A DNA stretch of 64,000 nt from Candidatus Endobugula sp. (GTDB lineage: Bacteria > Pseudomonadota > Gammaproteobacteria > Pseudomonadales > Cellvibrionaceae), in assembly GCA_047619205.1 (NCBI GenBank), contig JBLHJR010000006.1, positions 77 to 64,076 of the forward strand, given 5' to 3'. Below are positions 18,424 through 29,086 of the stretch, piece by piece (the stretch's first letter is position 1; each line of letters begins with the position of its first letter). The position numbers were made by a program, and so were the translations under genes. Below the pieces are notes generated by a model. The model saw only the letters and a program-made list of their open reading frames with translations. It did not search any database and was not told the origin of the DNA.

Positions 18424-18846
18424 ATGACTATAACGGCACTTGCATTTGATTATGGATTAAAAAATATTGGCGTTGCTTATGGCCAATCATTAACGGGTCA
18501 AGGTAAAGAACTGCCCCCGCTAAATGCCAAAGATGGCATCCCCAACTGGGATCAAATGGCTAATTTACTCAAAGAATGGAAACCCGAGATATTGATCGTT
18601 GGCCTGCCACTCAACATGGATGACAGTGAAAGTGAATTATGTATACGCGCCAGAAAATTTGGCCGCCGCCTAAAGGGACGGTTTATGCTAGAAGTTGAAC
18701 TTATGGATGAACGCCTATCGACATTTTCCGCTAAACAGGAAGCCAAAGAAAGAGGCCATAAAGGTAATTATAAAGATAACCCCATTGATTCAATTGCGGC
18801 TCGCTTAATTCTCGAAAGCTGGCTTAGCCAACAAAATGGTGCCTAA
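18424..18846 (+). CDS. yqgF: Pre-16S rRNA nuclease YqgF/RuvX
   Basis: AFDYGLKNIGVA, VGLPLNMD, DERLST, IDSIAARLILE. Confidence 0.93.
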   Translation: MTITALAFDYGLKNIGVAYGQSLTGQGKELPPLNAKDGIPNWDQMANLLKEWKPEILIVGLPLNMDDSESELCIRARKFGRRLKGRFMLEVELMDERLSTFSAKQEAKERGHKGNYKDNPIDSIAARLILESWLSQQNGA

Positions 18847-19991
18847 CGACTAAAAAAACCACCCGAGCTATCCTCATCACCCTCTAACTTAAGCCTATCA
18901 GCAGCACGCGATAACACATTCACATCTGATTCAGACTCCAACTTAATCAACAAGCGCAAATCATTCGCCGAATCAGCATAAGCCAAGGCGTCTTGATAAC
19001 TAATTTCACCCGCATCATATAGTGCGTATAGCGCCTGATCAAAAGTTTGCATGCCCAATTCTGTAGATTTTGTCATCAGGCTTTTCAATTCACTCAGCTC
19101 ACCCTTACGAATTAAATCTGCCGCTAATGGTGTATTTAACAAAATTTCCACACAAGCACGGCGACCGCCTCCACCTACAGTAGGAATTAACTGCTGAGCC
19201 ACTATGGCTTTTAAATTAAGTGACAAGTCCATCCACAATTGCTTATGTCGTTCTTCAGGAAAAAAGTGTGCAATTCTATCAAGCGCCTGATTAGCATTAT
19301 TCGCATGCAGCGTACACAAACATAAGTGACCAGTTTCAGCGAAGGCAATCGCGTGATCCATCGTTTCACGCGTACGCACCTCACCAATCATAATAACGTC
19401 CGGCGCTTGTCGCAGGGTATTTTTCAACGCCACCTCAAAGGATTCTGTATCCAAACCCACTTCACGCTGCGTCACTATACAACCTCGATGCTCGTGAACG
19501 AATTCAATAGGGTCTTCAATGGATATAATATGCCCTTTGCTATGCTGATTTCGATAGCCGATCATAGACGCTAAAGAGGTAGATTTACCAACGCCATTGG
19601 CGCCAACCAAAATAATCAGTCCTCTCTTTTCCATGGCTAAGTCTTTAACCAGGTCTGGCAAGCCTAAGTCATCTATGACCGGAATGGTCATTCCTATTCG
19701 CCGCACCACCATCCCCATAAAATTACGCTGATAAAACGCACTGCAACGGAAACGCCTTGCATCTTTTGAGGTAATAGCAAAATTTAATTCTTTCGTGCTA
19801 GTAAAATCATCGCGCTGCTGCTCGTCCATCACACTCAAGACAATTTTACGCGCGACTTCAGCCGAAATAGTCTTACTCGATAACGGCATCAGCTGGCCGT
19901 TAATTTTTAGTGACGGCGGCATACCCGCTGTTATAAATAAATCAGATGCTGATTTATCCACCATCAACTTGAGTAACTTTTCAATTTCCAT
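18843..19991 (-). CDS. pilU: Type IV pilus retraction ATPase PilU
   Basis: GANGVGKSTSLA, IEDPIE, LRQAPDVIMIGEVR, TLHANNANQALDRI. Confidence 0.92.
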   Translation of the reverse strand: MEIEKLLKLMVDKSASDLFITAGMPPSLKINGQLMPLSSKTISAEVARKIVLSVMDEQQRDDFTSTKELNFAITSKDARRFRCSAFYQRNFMGMVVRRIGMTIPVIDDLGLPDLVKDLAMEKRGLIILVGANGVGKSTSLASMIGYRNQHSKGHIISIEDPIEFVHEHRGCIVTQREVGLDTESFEVALKNTLRQAPDVIMIGEVRTRETMDHAIAFAETGHLCLCTLHANNANQALDRIAHFFPEERHKQLWMDLSLNLKAIVAQQLIPTVGGGGRRACVEILLNTPLAADLIRKGELSELKSLMTKSTELGMQTFDQALYALYDAGEISYQDALAYADSANDLRLLIKLESESDVNVLSRAADRLKLEGDEDSSGGFFSR

Positions 19992-20081
19992 GTAAACATA
20001 CCTATTTATTATTACTTTTTGCCTGCGCCAGTCATTAGCGACGCTCTCACAACACTATTATAGCCACTACTATTGCCACTA

Positions 20082-21116
20082 CTAAAAAGTATCTGGGTTT
20101 GCGGCTTTTTTCTTCGCCTCATCACGAGTCACCAAGCCTTTTTCAACCAAGTTCAATAAACATTGATCCAAGGTTTGCATACCCATTGAGGCCCCCGTTT
20201 GAATTGAGGAATACATCTGTGCCACTTTATCTTCTCGTATTAAATTACGAATAGCTGGAGTACCGCGCATAATTTCATGAGCCGCCACACGACCACCCCC
20301 CGTTCGCTTTAACAAGGTTTGAGATATTACTGCCTCCAAAGAACTGGCTAACATAGAACGAACCATCGACTTTTCCTCTGCGGGAAAAACATCAACAACC
20401 CGATCAATAGTTTTAGCCGCAGAGGTGGTATGCAAAGTACCCATCACCAAGTGACCGGTTTCGGCTGCAGTTAATGCAAGGCGAATAGTTTCCAGGTCCC
20501 GCATTTCACCCACTAAAATAATATCTGGATCTTCCCGCAACGCAGAGCGCAATGCCTCGGTAAAGCCGTGAGTATCACGATGCACTTCACGCTGATTAAC
20601 CAAACACTTCTTACTCTCATGAACGAATTCTATGGGGTCTTCGATAGTTAATATGTGCTCGTAACGCTGCTCATTCACGTAATCAATCATCGCAGCTAAG
20701 GTCGTTGATTTACCTGAGCCGGTTGGCCCCGTGACCAACACTAAACCTCTAGGCACCAAGGAAATGTCACGGAACACCTGCCCCATACCCAAATCTTCCA
20801 TCGATAAGACTTTTGAAGGAATGGTTCTAAATACCGCACCAGAGCCACGGTTATGATTAAAGGCATTGACACGAAAGCGCGCAACCCCAGGCACCTCAAA
20901 AGAAAAATCTGTTTCTAAAAACTCCTCATAATCTTTACGCTGCTTATCATTCATAACCTCATAGATCAGTGCATGTACCTGATTATGTTCCATTGAGGGC
21001 AAGTTGATACGACGTATATCCCCATCGATACGAATCATCGGCGGTAAGCCCGCAGAAATATGTAAATCAGATGCATTCTGCTTAGCGCTAAACACTAGTA
21101 ATTCAGTAATATCCAT
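20082..21116 (-). CDS. pilT: Type IV pilus retraction ATPase PilT
   Basis: MDITELL, GPTGSGKSTTLAA, LREDPD, AIRNLIRE. Confidence 0.97.
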   Translation of the reverse strand: MDITELLVFSAKQNASDLHISAGLPPMIRIDGDIRRINLPSMEHNQVHALIYEVMNDKQRKDYEEFLETDFSFEVPGVARFRVNAFNHNRGSGAVFRTIPSKVLSMEDLGMGQVFRDISLVPRGLVLVTGPTGSGKSTTLAAMIDYVNEQRYEHILTIEDPIEFVHESKKCLVNQREVHRDTHGFTEALRSALREDPDIILVGEMRDLETIRLALTAAETGHLVMGTLHTTSAAKTIDRVVDVFPAEEKSMVRSMLASSLEAVISQTLLKRTGGGRVAAHEIMRGTPAIRNLIREDKVAQMYSSIQTGASMGMQTLDQCLLNLVEKGLVTRDEAKKKAANPDTF

Positions 21117-21284
21117 GAGCTACCCTTAAATTAGTCTGCAATGTATAAAGTCTATTATTGAGTCAATACTGGTATTATTTCCTGCATCCTACCTCAAAAT
21201 GATAAGATGCATGAGTCGCATTAATATAATAATGCAGTTTTTCTTCTTTTCTTAGCATAGAGCCTATCGACACACGCCTTTTTT

Positions 21285-21989
21285 ATGCACAATATTACCC
21301 AACAAACTATCCCCATACGGCTAAGTTCCATACAGCAAAAAATTGCCGCTGTAGTGAAGCTACATAAAAGGTCAGCAGCAGAAGTTCAACTGCTTGCTGT
21401 CAGTAAAACACAATCCCCCTCCCGCATGCTAGAAGCTTACCATGCAGGGCAACGTGCCTTCGGCGAAAATTATTTACAAGAAGCACGGGACAAACAAGAA
21501 GTCCTCAAGGAACTTGATATCGAGTGGCATTTCATCGGGCCGATTCAATCGAACAAAACCCGCGAAATCGCCGAACATTTTCAATGGGTACATAGTGTCG
21601 ACCGTCTTAAAATTGCCAAACGACTCAGCCAACAACGACCCGTTCAACTGCCGCCACTCAACATTTGCTTACAGGTCAATATTGACGATGAACCGACCAA
21701 GGCAGGCGTATCGCTAGCCGAACTTCCTCCACTGATGAATAGCATTAATGCATTGCCGCAAATACACTTACGTGGCTTAATGGCCATTCCCGCTAAGCGG
21801 GATAGTATCCGCCAACAACAAGCGGTCTTTAGCAAAATAGCTAACGCACTCAAACACTTGACCCTTAGCAATCCATCATTAACACTAGACACTCTATCCA
21901 TGGGCATGTCTGCGGATATGGAAGCCGCTATTGCTGCAGGGGCAACGATTGTCCGCGTAGGCAGCGCCATTTTTGGCCCTAGACAGTAA
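21285..21989 (+). CDS. yggS: PLP homeostasis protein YggS
   Basis: LLAVSKT, FGENYLQE, WHFIGPIQSNK, LSMGMS, VRVGSAIFG. Confidence 0.95.
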   Translation: MHNITQQTIPIRLSSIQQKIAAVVKLHKRSAAEVQLLAVSKTQSPSRMLEAYHAGQRAFGENYLQEARDKQEVLKELDIEWHFIGPIQSNKTREIAEHFQWVHSVDRLKIAKRLSQQRPVQLPPLNICLQVNIDDEPTKAGVSLAELPPLMNSINALPQIHLRGLMAIPAKRDSIRQQQAVFSKIANALKHLTLSNPSLTLDTLSMGMSADMEAAIAAGATIVRVGSAIFGPRQ

Positions 21990-22045
21990 TCAATAGATTA
22001 AACATGAACCGATAATGAGCACAAATAATAAGTAGGCAGATCACT

Positions 22046-22870
22046 ATGACAACAGCATTAACATTTATTGGCGGCGGCAATATGGCAAGCAGCATCATTG
22101 GCGGCCTAATTGAACAAGGTTATTCCGCTAGCAGCATCACCGCATGTGACCCAAACCAAGATTCATTACTGTCTTTAAGCGAAAAATTTGCCATACACAC
22201 TAGCAACGACAACTTGTCTGCTTGTGCAAACACCGACGTGATTATCTTGGCAGTGAAGCCACAAATATTAAAAAACGTCTGCATAAATTTACGCTCAGCA
22301 TTAACTAACCGCCAAACACCCGCACTGATCATTTCTATTGCGGCAGGCATTAATAGCCAACAAATACAGCAATGGCTAGACCAAGACCTTGCCATTGTGC
22401 GCTGCATGCCCAACACACCCGCCTTAGTGCAACAAGGTGCTAGCGGCCTATATGCCAACCCGCAAACAACTACCGCACAAAAAGCCATCGCAGAGCAATT
22501 ATTACAAGCCGTTGGCTATGTGACATGGCTTGATAACGAAGACTTAATTGATGCCGTAACCGCCGTTTCAGGTAGTGGCCCCGCTTATTTCTTTCTACTG
22601 ATGGAAGCTATGATTGAAGCCGGCATAAAACAAGGCCTCAGTAAAGAAAGTGCGACCCAACTCACCTTGCAAACTGCGCTAGGAGCAGCCACACTGGCTA
22701 AGTCGAGTGATGTTCCGGTAGACGAGCTACGTCGGCGTGTTACCTCACCAGGGGGCACTACAGAGCAAGCCGTTATGCATTATGAACAAGCAGGCTTGCG
22801 AGAGATGGTAGAAGGCGCAATGAAAGACTGCGCAGAGCGTTCAAAAACTATGGCCACAGAATTCAGCTAA
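22046..22870 (+). CDS. proC: Pyrroline-5-carboxylate reductase
   Basis: FIGGGNMA, LAVKPQ, RCMPNTP, SGSGPAYF, VTSPGGTT. Confidence 0.97.
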   Translation: MTTALTFIGGGNMASSIIGGLIEQGYSASSITACDPNQDSLLSLSEKFAIHTSNDNLSACANTDVIILAVKPQILKNVCINLRSALTNRQTPALIISIAAGINSQQIQQWLDQDLAIVRCMPNTPALVQQGASGLYANPQTTTAQKAIAEQLLQAVGYVTWLDNEDLIDAVTAVSGSGPAYFFLLMEAMIEAGIKQGLSKESATQLTLQTALGAATLAKSSDVPVDELRRRVTSPGGTTEQAVMHYEQAGLREMVEGAMKDCAERSKTMATEFS

Positions 22871-22927
22871 ATTAAACGGTAGATCACGAAACAACGACTA
22901 CCAGCAACATGACAAGGTAAAGCAACA

Positions 22928-23473
22928 ATGGATAAATTGGTACAAGTCGCCCATCTTTTAATCACATTTGCCTCTTCGATTTACATCACTATCGTGATGG
23001 TTCGATTTCTTCTGCAATTAGTCCGCGCCGATTTTTACAACCCACTATCCCAATTTATCGTTAAAGCCAGCAATCCTCTACTATTGCCACTACGCAAAGT
23101 CATTCCCGGTTTATTTGGCATTGATGTCGCCAGTCTAGTCCTCGCACTATTACTTCAAATGGCCACGATTGAACTATTAGCTAGCGTAGCAGGCCAAGGC
23201 TTCATCCCTCTACTTCCCGTACTCATCTATTCTGTCTTCGAGCTGATAAAATTACTGCTCAACATTTATATGTTTGCCTTTATCGTGATCATTATTGTCA
23301 GCTGGATAGCACCCAACGGACATAACCCAGCCGTTGAACTACTCAGCACGATTACAGAACCTGTACTCAGACCCATACGCAAAATATTACCCCCTATGGG
23401 AGGGCTAGACCTCTCCATTATGGTCGCATTGCTAAGCATTTATATTTTAAAAATAGCCTTTGGCTTAGGGTAA
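22928..23473 (+). CDS. yggT: YggT family membrane protein
   Basis: RADFYNPLSQF, two YGGT repeats, PPMGGLDLS. Confidence 0.92.
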   Translation: MDKLVQVAHLLITFASSIYITIVMVRFLLQLVRADFYNPLSQFIVKASNPLLLPLRKVIPGLFGIDVASLVLALLLQMATIELLASVAGQGFIPLLPVLIYSVFELIKLLLNIYMFAFIVIIIVSWIAPNGHNPAVELLSTITEPVLRPIRKILPPMGGLDLSIMVALLSIYILKIAFGLG

Positions 23474-23494
23474 TAACCGCGCTGACAAAACCCC

Positions 23495-23760
23495 ATGTCT
23501 CATGCTCAATGGCAAGGTGATCACTTGCACTTATACTGCTGCCTACAAGCTAATTCTGCCAACAATGCCTTTGCGGGCCGACATGATCGGCACCTAAAGC
23601 CCCGCCTATAGGCGGTAAAGCCAACAAACAATTCACTGTATTCCTGAGCCAACATTTTGGTGTAGCCAAAGCCGCTATCACCATAATACGGTCACCTAAA
23701 TTTAAGCAGGCGCTACTGCCAAACGATGCAATGCTTGCAGCCAAGGCCCGGCATCCGTAG
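23495..23760 (+). pseudogene. yggU: YggU (DUF167) pseudogene
   Basis: Frame A MSHAQWQGDHLHLYCCLQANSANNAFAGRHDR...stop at 23609-23611; a second frame continues APPIGGKANKQFTVFLSQHFGVAKAAI; canonical yggT-yggU position. Confidence 0.8.
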
Positions 23761-23791
23761 ACTAGCCTTTTTCATTATTCGCATAATAAAT

Positions 23792-24940
23792 ATGTCCCCA
23801 CTACCTAACGACAGCGTCGGCATCGTTTGCCCGCAAACCCAGCATTTTGATCAGCCCTTAACATTAGCTAATGGCCGCAGCTTAGACAGCTACGACATAG
23901 TCTATGAAACCTACGGCCAGCTAAACCCTGCGAAAGATAATGCGGTGCTAATTTGTCATGCTTTGTCGGGACATCACCACGCTGCTGGATTTCATAGTAC
24001 GGAAGATAAACGTGGTGGTTGGTGGAATAATTATATTGGCCCTAATAAAGCTATTGATACCAACCGCTTTTTTGTCGTATCACTGAATAATTTAGGCGGC
24101 TGCCATGGCTCTACTGGGCCTACTAGCATTAACCCTGCGACAAACAAAATCTGGGGTAGTGACTTCCCCACCTTACGCGTACGCGACTGGGTAGAAAGCC
24201 AAAAACGCCTAAGCGATGTCCTCGGCATTGAGCAATGGGCAGCCATTGTGGGCGGCAGTCTTGGCGGCATGCAAGCCATGCGCTGGGCCTTAGAGTATCC
24301 TGATAGGCTACGCCATTGCGTCGTGATTGCCTCAGCACTGAAATTAACTGCGCAAAACATTGCTTTTAATCAAACGGCTCGGCAAGCGATTACTGCCGAC
24401 CCAGAGTTTTTTGATGGTGATTATTTAGCCCACGACACTATCCCCAATCAAGGCTTGTCCGTTGCCCGCATGATTGGTCACATCACCTATTTATCGGGTG
24501 ATGGTATGGGACAGAAATTTGGTCGTGACTTGCGCTCAGGAAGCTTTCAGCAGGGAATTGATGAACCACTGGAATTTGAAATTGAAAGTTACCTACGCCA
24601 CCAAGGCAGCGTATTTTCCACCAGCTTTGATGCTAATACCTATATTTTAATGACCCGCGCGTTAGACTATTTTGATCTCGCTCGTGAGTATGACGACAAT
24701 AATGTCGCTGCCTTTAGCCGCGCCACCTGTCAGTTTTTAGTGTTTTCCTTTACCAGCGATTGGCGCTTCTCCCCTGAACGCTCGCATGAAATTGTGAATG
24801 CATTAACCCATGCAAGAAAATCCGTCACTTACGCAGAAATTCAATCAGACTATGGCCACGACGCCTTCTTAATTCTTAGCGAGCGTTATAACACCGCCTT
24901 TAGTGCCTACATGCAACGTATTAGTCTAGGGAGTCTCTAA
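23792..24940 (+). CDS. metX: Homoserine O-acyltransferase MetX
   Basis: [16 protein letters not shown] nucleophile elbow, FDANTY, YGHDAFL; start moved to ATG 23792; acetyl versus succinyl donor not determinable. Confidence 0.93.
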   Translation: MSPLPNDSVGIVCPQTQHFDQPLTLANGRSLDSYDIVYETYGQLNPAKDNAVLICHALSGHHHAAGFHSTEDKRGGWWNNYIGPNKAIDTNRFFVVSLNNLGGCHGSTGPTSINPATNKIWGSDFPTLRVRDWVESQKRLSDVLGIEQWAAIVGGSLGGMQAMRWALEYPDRLRHCVVIASALKLTAQNIAFNQTARQAITADPEFFDGDYLAHDTIPNQGLSVARMIGHITYLSGDGMGQKFGRDLRSGSFQQGIDEPLEFEIESYLRHQGSVFSTSFDANTYILMTRALDYFDLAREYDDNNVAAFSRATCQFLVFSFTSDWRFSPERSHEIVNALTHARKSVTYAEIQSDYGHDAFLILSERYNTAFSAYMQRISLGSL

Positions 24941-24962
24941 GTGGCAACAAGGAAAACAACTA

Positions 24963-25559
24963 ATGCGTATTGATCTCGATAAGATACAATCCTACATCAC
25001 CGCCAAAAGTCACGTACTCGATTTAGGTTGTGGTAACGGTGACTTATTGTTACATCTACAAAAGAAAAAAAATATTAGCGGTATTGGTCTAGAAAATGAT
25101 GCGGCCAATATAAGCGAATGCATAAAACGTGGCGTTAATGTTGTTGAACACGATCTTAACAAAGGCCTAAGCCATATAGCGGATAACAGCTACGATGTAG
25201 TCATCATGACGCTAGCCTTGCAGGCAATGAATCGACCCGATGTAGTACTGGAAGAAATGTTACGTATCGGCAAAGAATGTATTGTGACCTTCCCTAATTT
25301 CGCACACTGGAAAGCACGCTGGCACTTATTGACCCGCGGGCGCATGCCAATATCGGACCTACTCCCATATGAATGGTACAACACACCCAACATTCACTTT
25401 TGTACGGTAAAAGATTTTGAAGCACTCTGCGATGAGCGCAACATTACAATCGTTGATAGCGCCGTCGTTTGTGAACAAGGGGCTAGCCAAACACTGGCAC
25501 AATTACACCGGAATTTATTTGGAGAAACTGCGGTTTACCATCTAAGCAAAACATCATGA
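24963..25559 (+). CDS. metW: Methionine biosynthesis protein MetW
   Basis: VLDLGCGNG, FPNFAHW, WYNTPNIH. Confidence 0.93.
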   Translation: MRIDLDKIQSYITAKSHVLDLGCGNGDLLLHLQKKKNISGIGLENDAANISECIKRGVNVVEHDLNKGLSHIADNSYDVVIMTLALQAMNRPDVVLEEMLRIGKECIVTFPNFAHWKARWHLLTRGRMPISDLLPYEWYNTPNIHFCTVKDFEALCDERNITIVDSAVVCEQGASQTLAQLHRNLFGETAVYHLSKTS

Positions 25560-26050
25560 GATCACGTATTTTTATGCCTTTGATTACAGCCGTTATGCAG
25601 CCCTTTATTACTTCCTTTTTATTGCTGCCGTTAATAAGTACCTGTCTTTTTTTTAGTGTAGCAAGCCATGCGCAAGACAACATTTCCCATGAGATGAAAG
25701 ATCACATTGTTTATTATAATGTTTTTAACAGCTCGCTAATTTCTGCTGAAATTGCCAGCAACTACAATCTTGTTCGAGCAAAAGATCGCGTATACGTTAA
25801 TATTGCGGTGGTTAAAAAATCGGGCGGTTACGGCATCGCACCCAAACACCTTACAGGCGTTTATCGTAATTTAATGCAACAAAAATTCTCACTGGAGTTT
25901 ATCGAGATCAAGGAAGCCACTGCCACCTATTACCTCGCCCCTATTCGCTTTAATAACGAAGACATTCTCCACCTTGACATCACCGTACAAGCAGAGGAAA
26001 ATTCTGCTAAAGACACTTTCACTATCACCAAAAAACTCTATGTCGATTAA
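25556..26050 (+). CDS. DUF4426 family periplasmic protein
   Basis: VYYNVFNS, LEFIEIKEATATYYLA; metW-rdgB context; start uncertain. Confidence 0.75.
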   Translation: MRSRIFMPLITAVMQPFITSFLLLPLISTCLFFSVASHAQDNISHEMKDHIVYYNVFNSSLISAEIASNYNLVRAKDRVYVNIAVVKKSGGYGIAPKHLTGVYRNLMQQKFSLEFIEIKEATATYYLAPIRFNNEDILHLDITVQAEENSAKDTFTITKKLYVD

Positions 26051-26051
26051 T

Positions 26052-26681
26052 ATGAAAACAACCGTCGTACTTGCCAGTAACAATGCAGGAAAACTGCGTG
26101 AATTTCATAACATGTTTGCCGATAGTGACTGGAATCTAGTTTCTCAAAGTGAATATTGCGTAGACGATGCTAACGAAACCGGCTTAAGTTTTATTGAAAA
26201 TGCCATTATCAAAGCCCGCCACGCTTGCGAAAAAACGGGCCTCCCAGCGATAGCGGACGACTCCGGTCTAGCGATTGATTACCTAAAAGGGGCGCCGGGC
26301 ATTTACTCGGCACGTTACGCAGGTGAACACGGTAACGACACAGCTAACAATCAAAAAGTGATCTCGGCGCTGGCAGGCCAAACGCAAGACAATCGTCGCG
26401 CGCGCTTTATTTGCGCACTAGCCTTTATGCAACACGCCGAAGACCCGACACCTATCGTTTGCCAAGCGAGCTGGGAAGGATTTATTTTAGAAGAAGAACG
26501 CGGCGAAAATGGTTTTGGCTACGACCCATTATTTTGGCTGCCTGAAAAAAACTGCAGTTCAGCAGAACTACCCGTAGAAATAAAAAATACCCTCAGCCAT
26601 CGCGCGAAAGCCTTACAATTACTGCTAGCTGCATTAAAACACAATGTACCTAACCACAGCGGAATTAACAACAGCGAATGA
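26052..26681 (+). CDS. rdgB: dITP/XTP pyrophosphatase RdgB
   Basis: VLASNNAGK, ADDSGL, APGIYSARY, FGYDP, SHR; start moved to ATG 26052. Confidence 0.95.
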   Translation: MKTTVVLASNNAGKLREFHNMFADSDWNLVSQSEYCVDDANETGLSFIENAIIKARHACEKTGLPAIADDSGLAIDYLKGAPGIYSARYAGEHGNDTANNQKVISALAGQTQDNRRARFICALAFMQHAEDPTPIVCQASWEGFILEEERGENGFGYDPLFWLPEKNCSSAELPVEIKNTLSHRAKALQLLLAALKHNVPNHSGINNSE

Positions 26682-27865
26682 GTAATGCGAACAAACCGAT
26701 GTTTTCATCACTCACGCTACCGCCGCTATCACTTTATATTCATATCCCTTGGTGTGTGCGAAAATGCCCCTATTGTGATTTTAATTCCCATGTTAGCAAC
26801 GAGAAAAACACGCTTGATGAACCGCGCTACATTGAAGCACTTAAACGCGACATCGACGCCGAAAAAAAATGGCGACAAGGCAGAAAATTACAGAGCATTT
26901 TTTTTGGCGGAGGTACACCCAGCTTATTTTCTGCAGACTCAATAGCTGACATCCTCGCCTATGCTGAAAAAAACCTAGGCTTTGCTAGCGATATAGAAAT
27001 TACTCTAGAAGCCAACCCCGGCACCTTTGAGCAAGAAAAATTTTCTGGCTTTTATCAGGCAGGCGTTAATCGTTTATCTATTGGCATTCAAAGCTTTAAC
27101 CCTCAACACTTACAAACCTTAGGCCGCATTCACAACAGCGACGAAGCTAAGCGCGCAGTTGGCATTGCTCAACAAGCAGGGTTCAATAATATCAATCTAG
27201 ATTTAATGCATGGGCTACCACAACAAACTATTGACAATGCCAATGATGATTTACAAACAGCCATTGATTTCGCTCCGCAACATATTTCATGGTACCAACT
27301 CACCATAGAACCCAACACGCAATTCTATCGGCAACCACCGCCACTACCTGCCGACGATACCTTAGCTGACATTCAATATCATGGCAGCCAGCTACTCGCC
27401 ACAAACGGCTTCCAACAATATGAAATATCTGCCTTTAGCCAAGCAGGACAACAATCCACACACAACCGTCATTACTGGGAGTTTGGTGATTACATCGGTA
27501 TTGGCGCGGGCGCACACGGAAAGTTTACGGACATTGATCAGCAGAGAATTATTCGTCGACAAAAAACTCGCTTACCCGAACACTACCTTGACTATCAACA
27601 GTATCCTAAAGCGAAAGAAACTATTGTCGATACAAACGAACTCGCACTAGAATTTATGATGAATGCATTACGCTTAACCGAAGGCGTACCTATCGACTAT
27701 TTTTCACAACGTACCGGTTTAAGCGTCGACAGTATAAAAGCCCCCCTGCAGCAACTACATCAGCAAGGTCTACTAGATGCTCATACAGAAAAATTGACCA
27801 CCACGGAATTCGGACAACGATTTTTAAATACCGTATTAGAAAAATTTAATACCGATATCAGTTAA
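26678..27865 (+). CDS. hemW: Radical SAM heme chaperone HemW
   Basis: YIHIPWCVRKCPYCDF, GGGTPS, EANP, GIGAGAHG. Confidence 0.93.
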   Translation: MSNANKPMFSSLTLPPLSLYIHIPWCVRKCPYCDFNSHVSNEKNTLDEPRYIEALKRDIDAEKKWRQGRKLQSIFFGGGTPSLFSADSIADILAYAEKNLGFASDIEITLEANPGTFEQEKFSGFYQAGVNRLSIGIQSFNPQHLQTLGRIHNSDEAKRAVGIAQQAGFNNINLDLMHGLPQQTIDNANDDLQTAIDFAPQHISWYQLTIEPNTQFYRQPPPLPADDTLADIQYHGSQLLATNGFQQYEISAFSQAGQQSTHNRHYWEFGDYIGIGAGAHGKFTDIDQQRIIRRQKTRLPEHYLDYQQYPKAKETIVDTNELALEFMMNALRLTEGVPIDYFSQRTGLSVDSIKAPLQQLHQQGLLDAHTEKLTTTEFGQRFLNTVLEKFNTDIS

Positions 27866-27904
27866 CACACCTCCTTCACCAACATAAAAAGATAAAGACC
27901 CATA

Positions 27905-28678
27905 ATGGAATTAACACTTAGCTATGATATTATCGCCTTATTATTTTTTGTAGCATTGATTGCAGGCGTGATTGACACTTTGGCGGGTGGCGGTGGGCTA
28001 ATTGTCTTACCGACCTTATTAATCCTACAAATACCTCCATTACAGGCATTAGCCACCAATAAGCTTCAAGGCTCATTTGGCACGTTCACTGCGTCACTGA
28101 CTTTATTACATAAAAAAGCACTGCATTGGAAATCGATTCGAATCGCATTTGTCGCCAGTCTTATTGGCTCAGCCATCGGCACTATCGCCGTACACTTTAT
28201 CGACACCTCTTTATTGGAATGGTTAATTCCCATAGTGCTTATCAGTATTGCGGGCTATTTTTTAATGGCAAAAAATAACCCACACACAAAAAATAAAACC
28301 CCCACTAGTCAGCGTCGTTATTTACTGGGCATCGTGCCCTGCATTGGTTTTTACGATGGTTTTTTAGGGCCCGGAACGGGATCATTTTTTACGGTTGCAC
28401 ATGTAGTGCTGATGAAACAAACCATTATTGAAGCGACTGTAAATGCAAAACTATTAAATTTTTCATCCAACATTGCATCGCTTTTATTGTTTATCGCTAG
28501 CGGACAAGTATTATGGATCATTGGCGGCGTAATGATTGCAGGACAAATTATCGGTGCCAGTATCGGCAGCCGTTTAATACTAGCTAAGGGCGCCATCATC
28601 ATTCGCCCGCTCATTGTCATTACGTGTCTTTCAATGTGTACTTATTTTATTTGGAATAAAATAGCTTACGCTTTTTAA
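27905..28678 (+). CDS. TSUP (TauE/SafE, YfcA-like) transporter
   Basis: LAGGGGLI, ATNKLQ, GFYDGFLGPGTGSF. Confidence 0.88.
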   Translation: MELTLSYDIIALLFFVALIAGVIDTLAGGGGLIVLPTLLILQIPPLQALATNKLQGSFGTFTASLTLLHKKALHWKSIRIAFVASLIGSAIGTIAVHFIDTSLLEWLIPIVLISIAGYFLMAKNNPHTKNKTPTSQRRYLLGIVPCIGFYDGFLGPGTGSFFTVAHVVLMKQTIIEATVNAKLLNFSSNIASLLLFIASGQVLWIIGGVMIAGQIIGASIGSRLILAKGAIIIRPLIVITCLSMCTYFIWNKIAYAF

Positions 28679-28806
28679 TTATATATGCAGCTCTACAGAG
28701 AAATATTGATCTACTTAAGAGCGACTTTAAAAACAGTAGCATTTCGTGAAGGCCAGAAGACACCGCGCGGAGAACCGCAGTGTATAAGGCATATGACCCA
28801 ACTCCC

Positions 28807-29039
28807 TTTAACCTAGAAACGACCGTTGGCGCGAAAAAGCGGTGCAAGTTATTGGTGTGCAGAGGACTTTCCCTAGCAACATAAGTTAGTATCGCGTAGC
28901 GACCTTATTGGTCGTGAGCGAATGGTAAGATTTTCTAGGTGCATCAATAACTTGTGCAGACTTTGCCTACAGGGATGTAGGTAAGGGGCGTGAGCAGGAG
29001 CGGAAGCTTTCGTGATTCAACTGCCGTTTCTAGGTTAAA
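28807..29039 (+). mobile_element. MITE-like element, copy A
   Basis: Perfect 14-bp terminal IR tttaacctagaaac/gtttctaggttaaa; internal IR caagttattggtg/catcaataacttg; about 85% identical by manual alignment to the reverse complement of 29787-29959. Confidence 0.85.
28961..29010 (+). repeat. 42-bp insert flanked by CTTT direct repeats, with a GGGA-loop hairpin
   Basis: Present in copy A, absent from copy B; hairpin ttgcctaca-ggga-tgtaggtaa at 28963-28984. Confidence 0.8.
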
Positions 29040-29086
29040 CACAGGGAACAGGGAGCCGACGCAGCAAGCGTAGAAAAAGTGCTTTG

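Noticed and set aside
23726-23791. N-terminal extension of MetX in the ORF track
   Set aside because: Overlaps the yggU remnant; recognisable MetX sequence begins at ATG 23792
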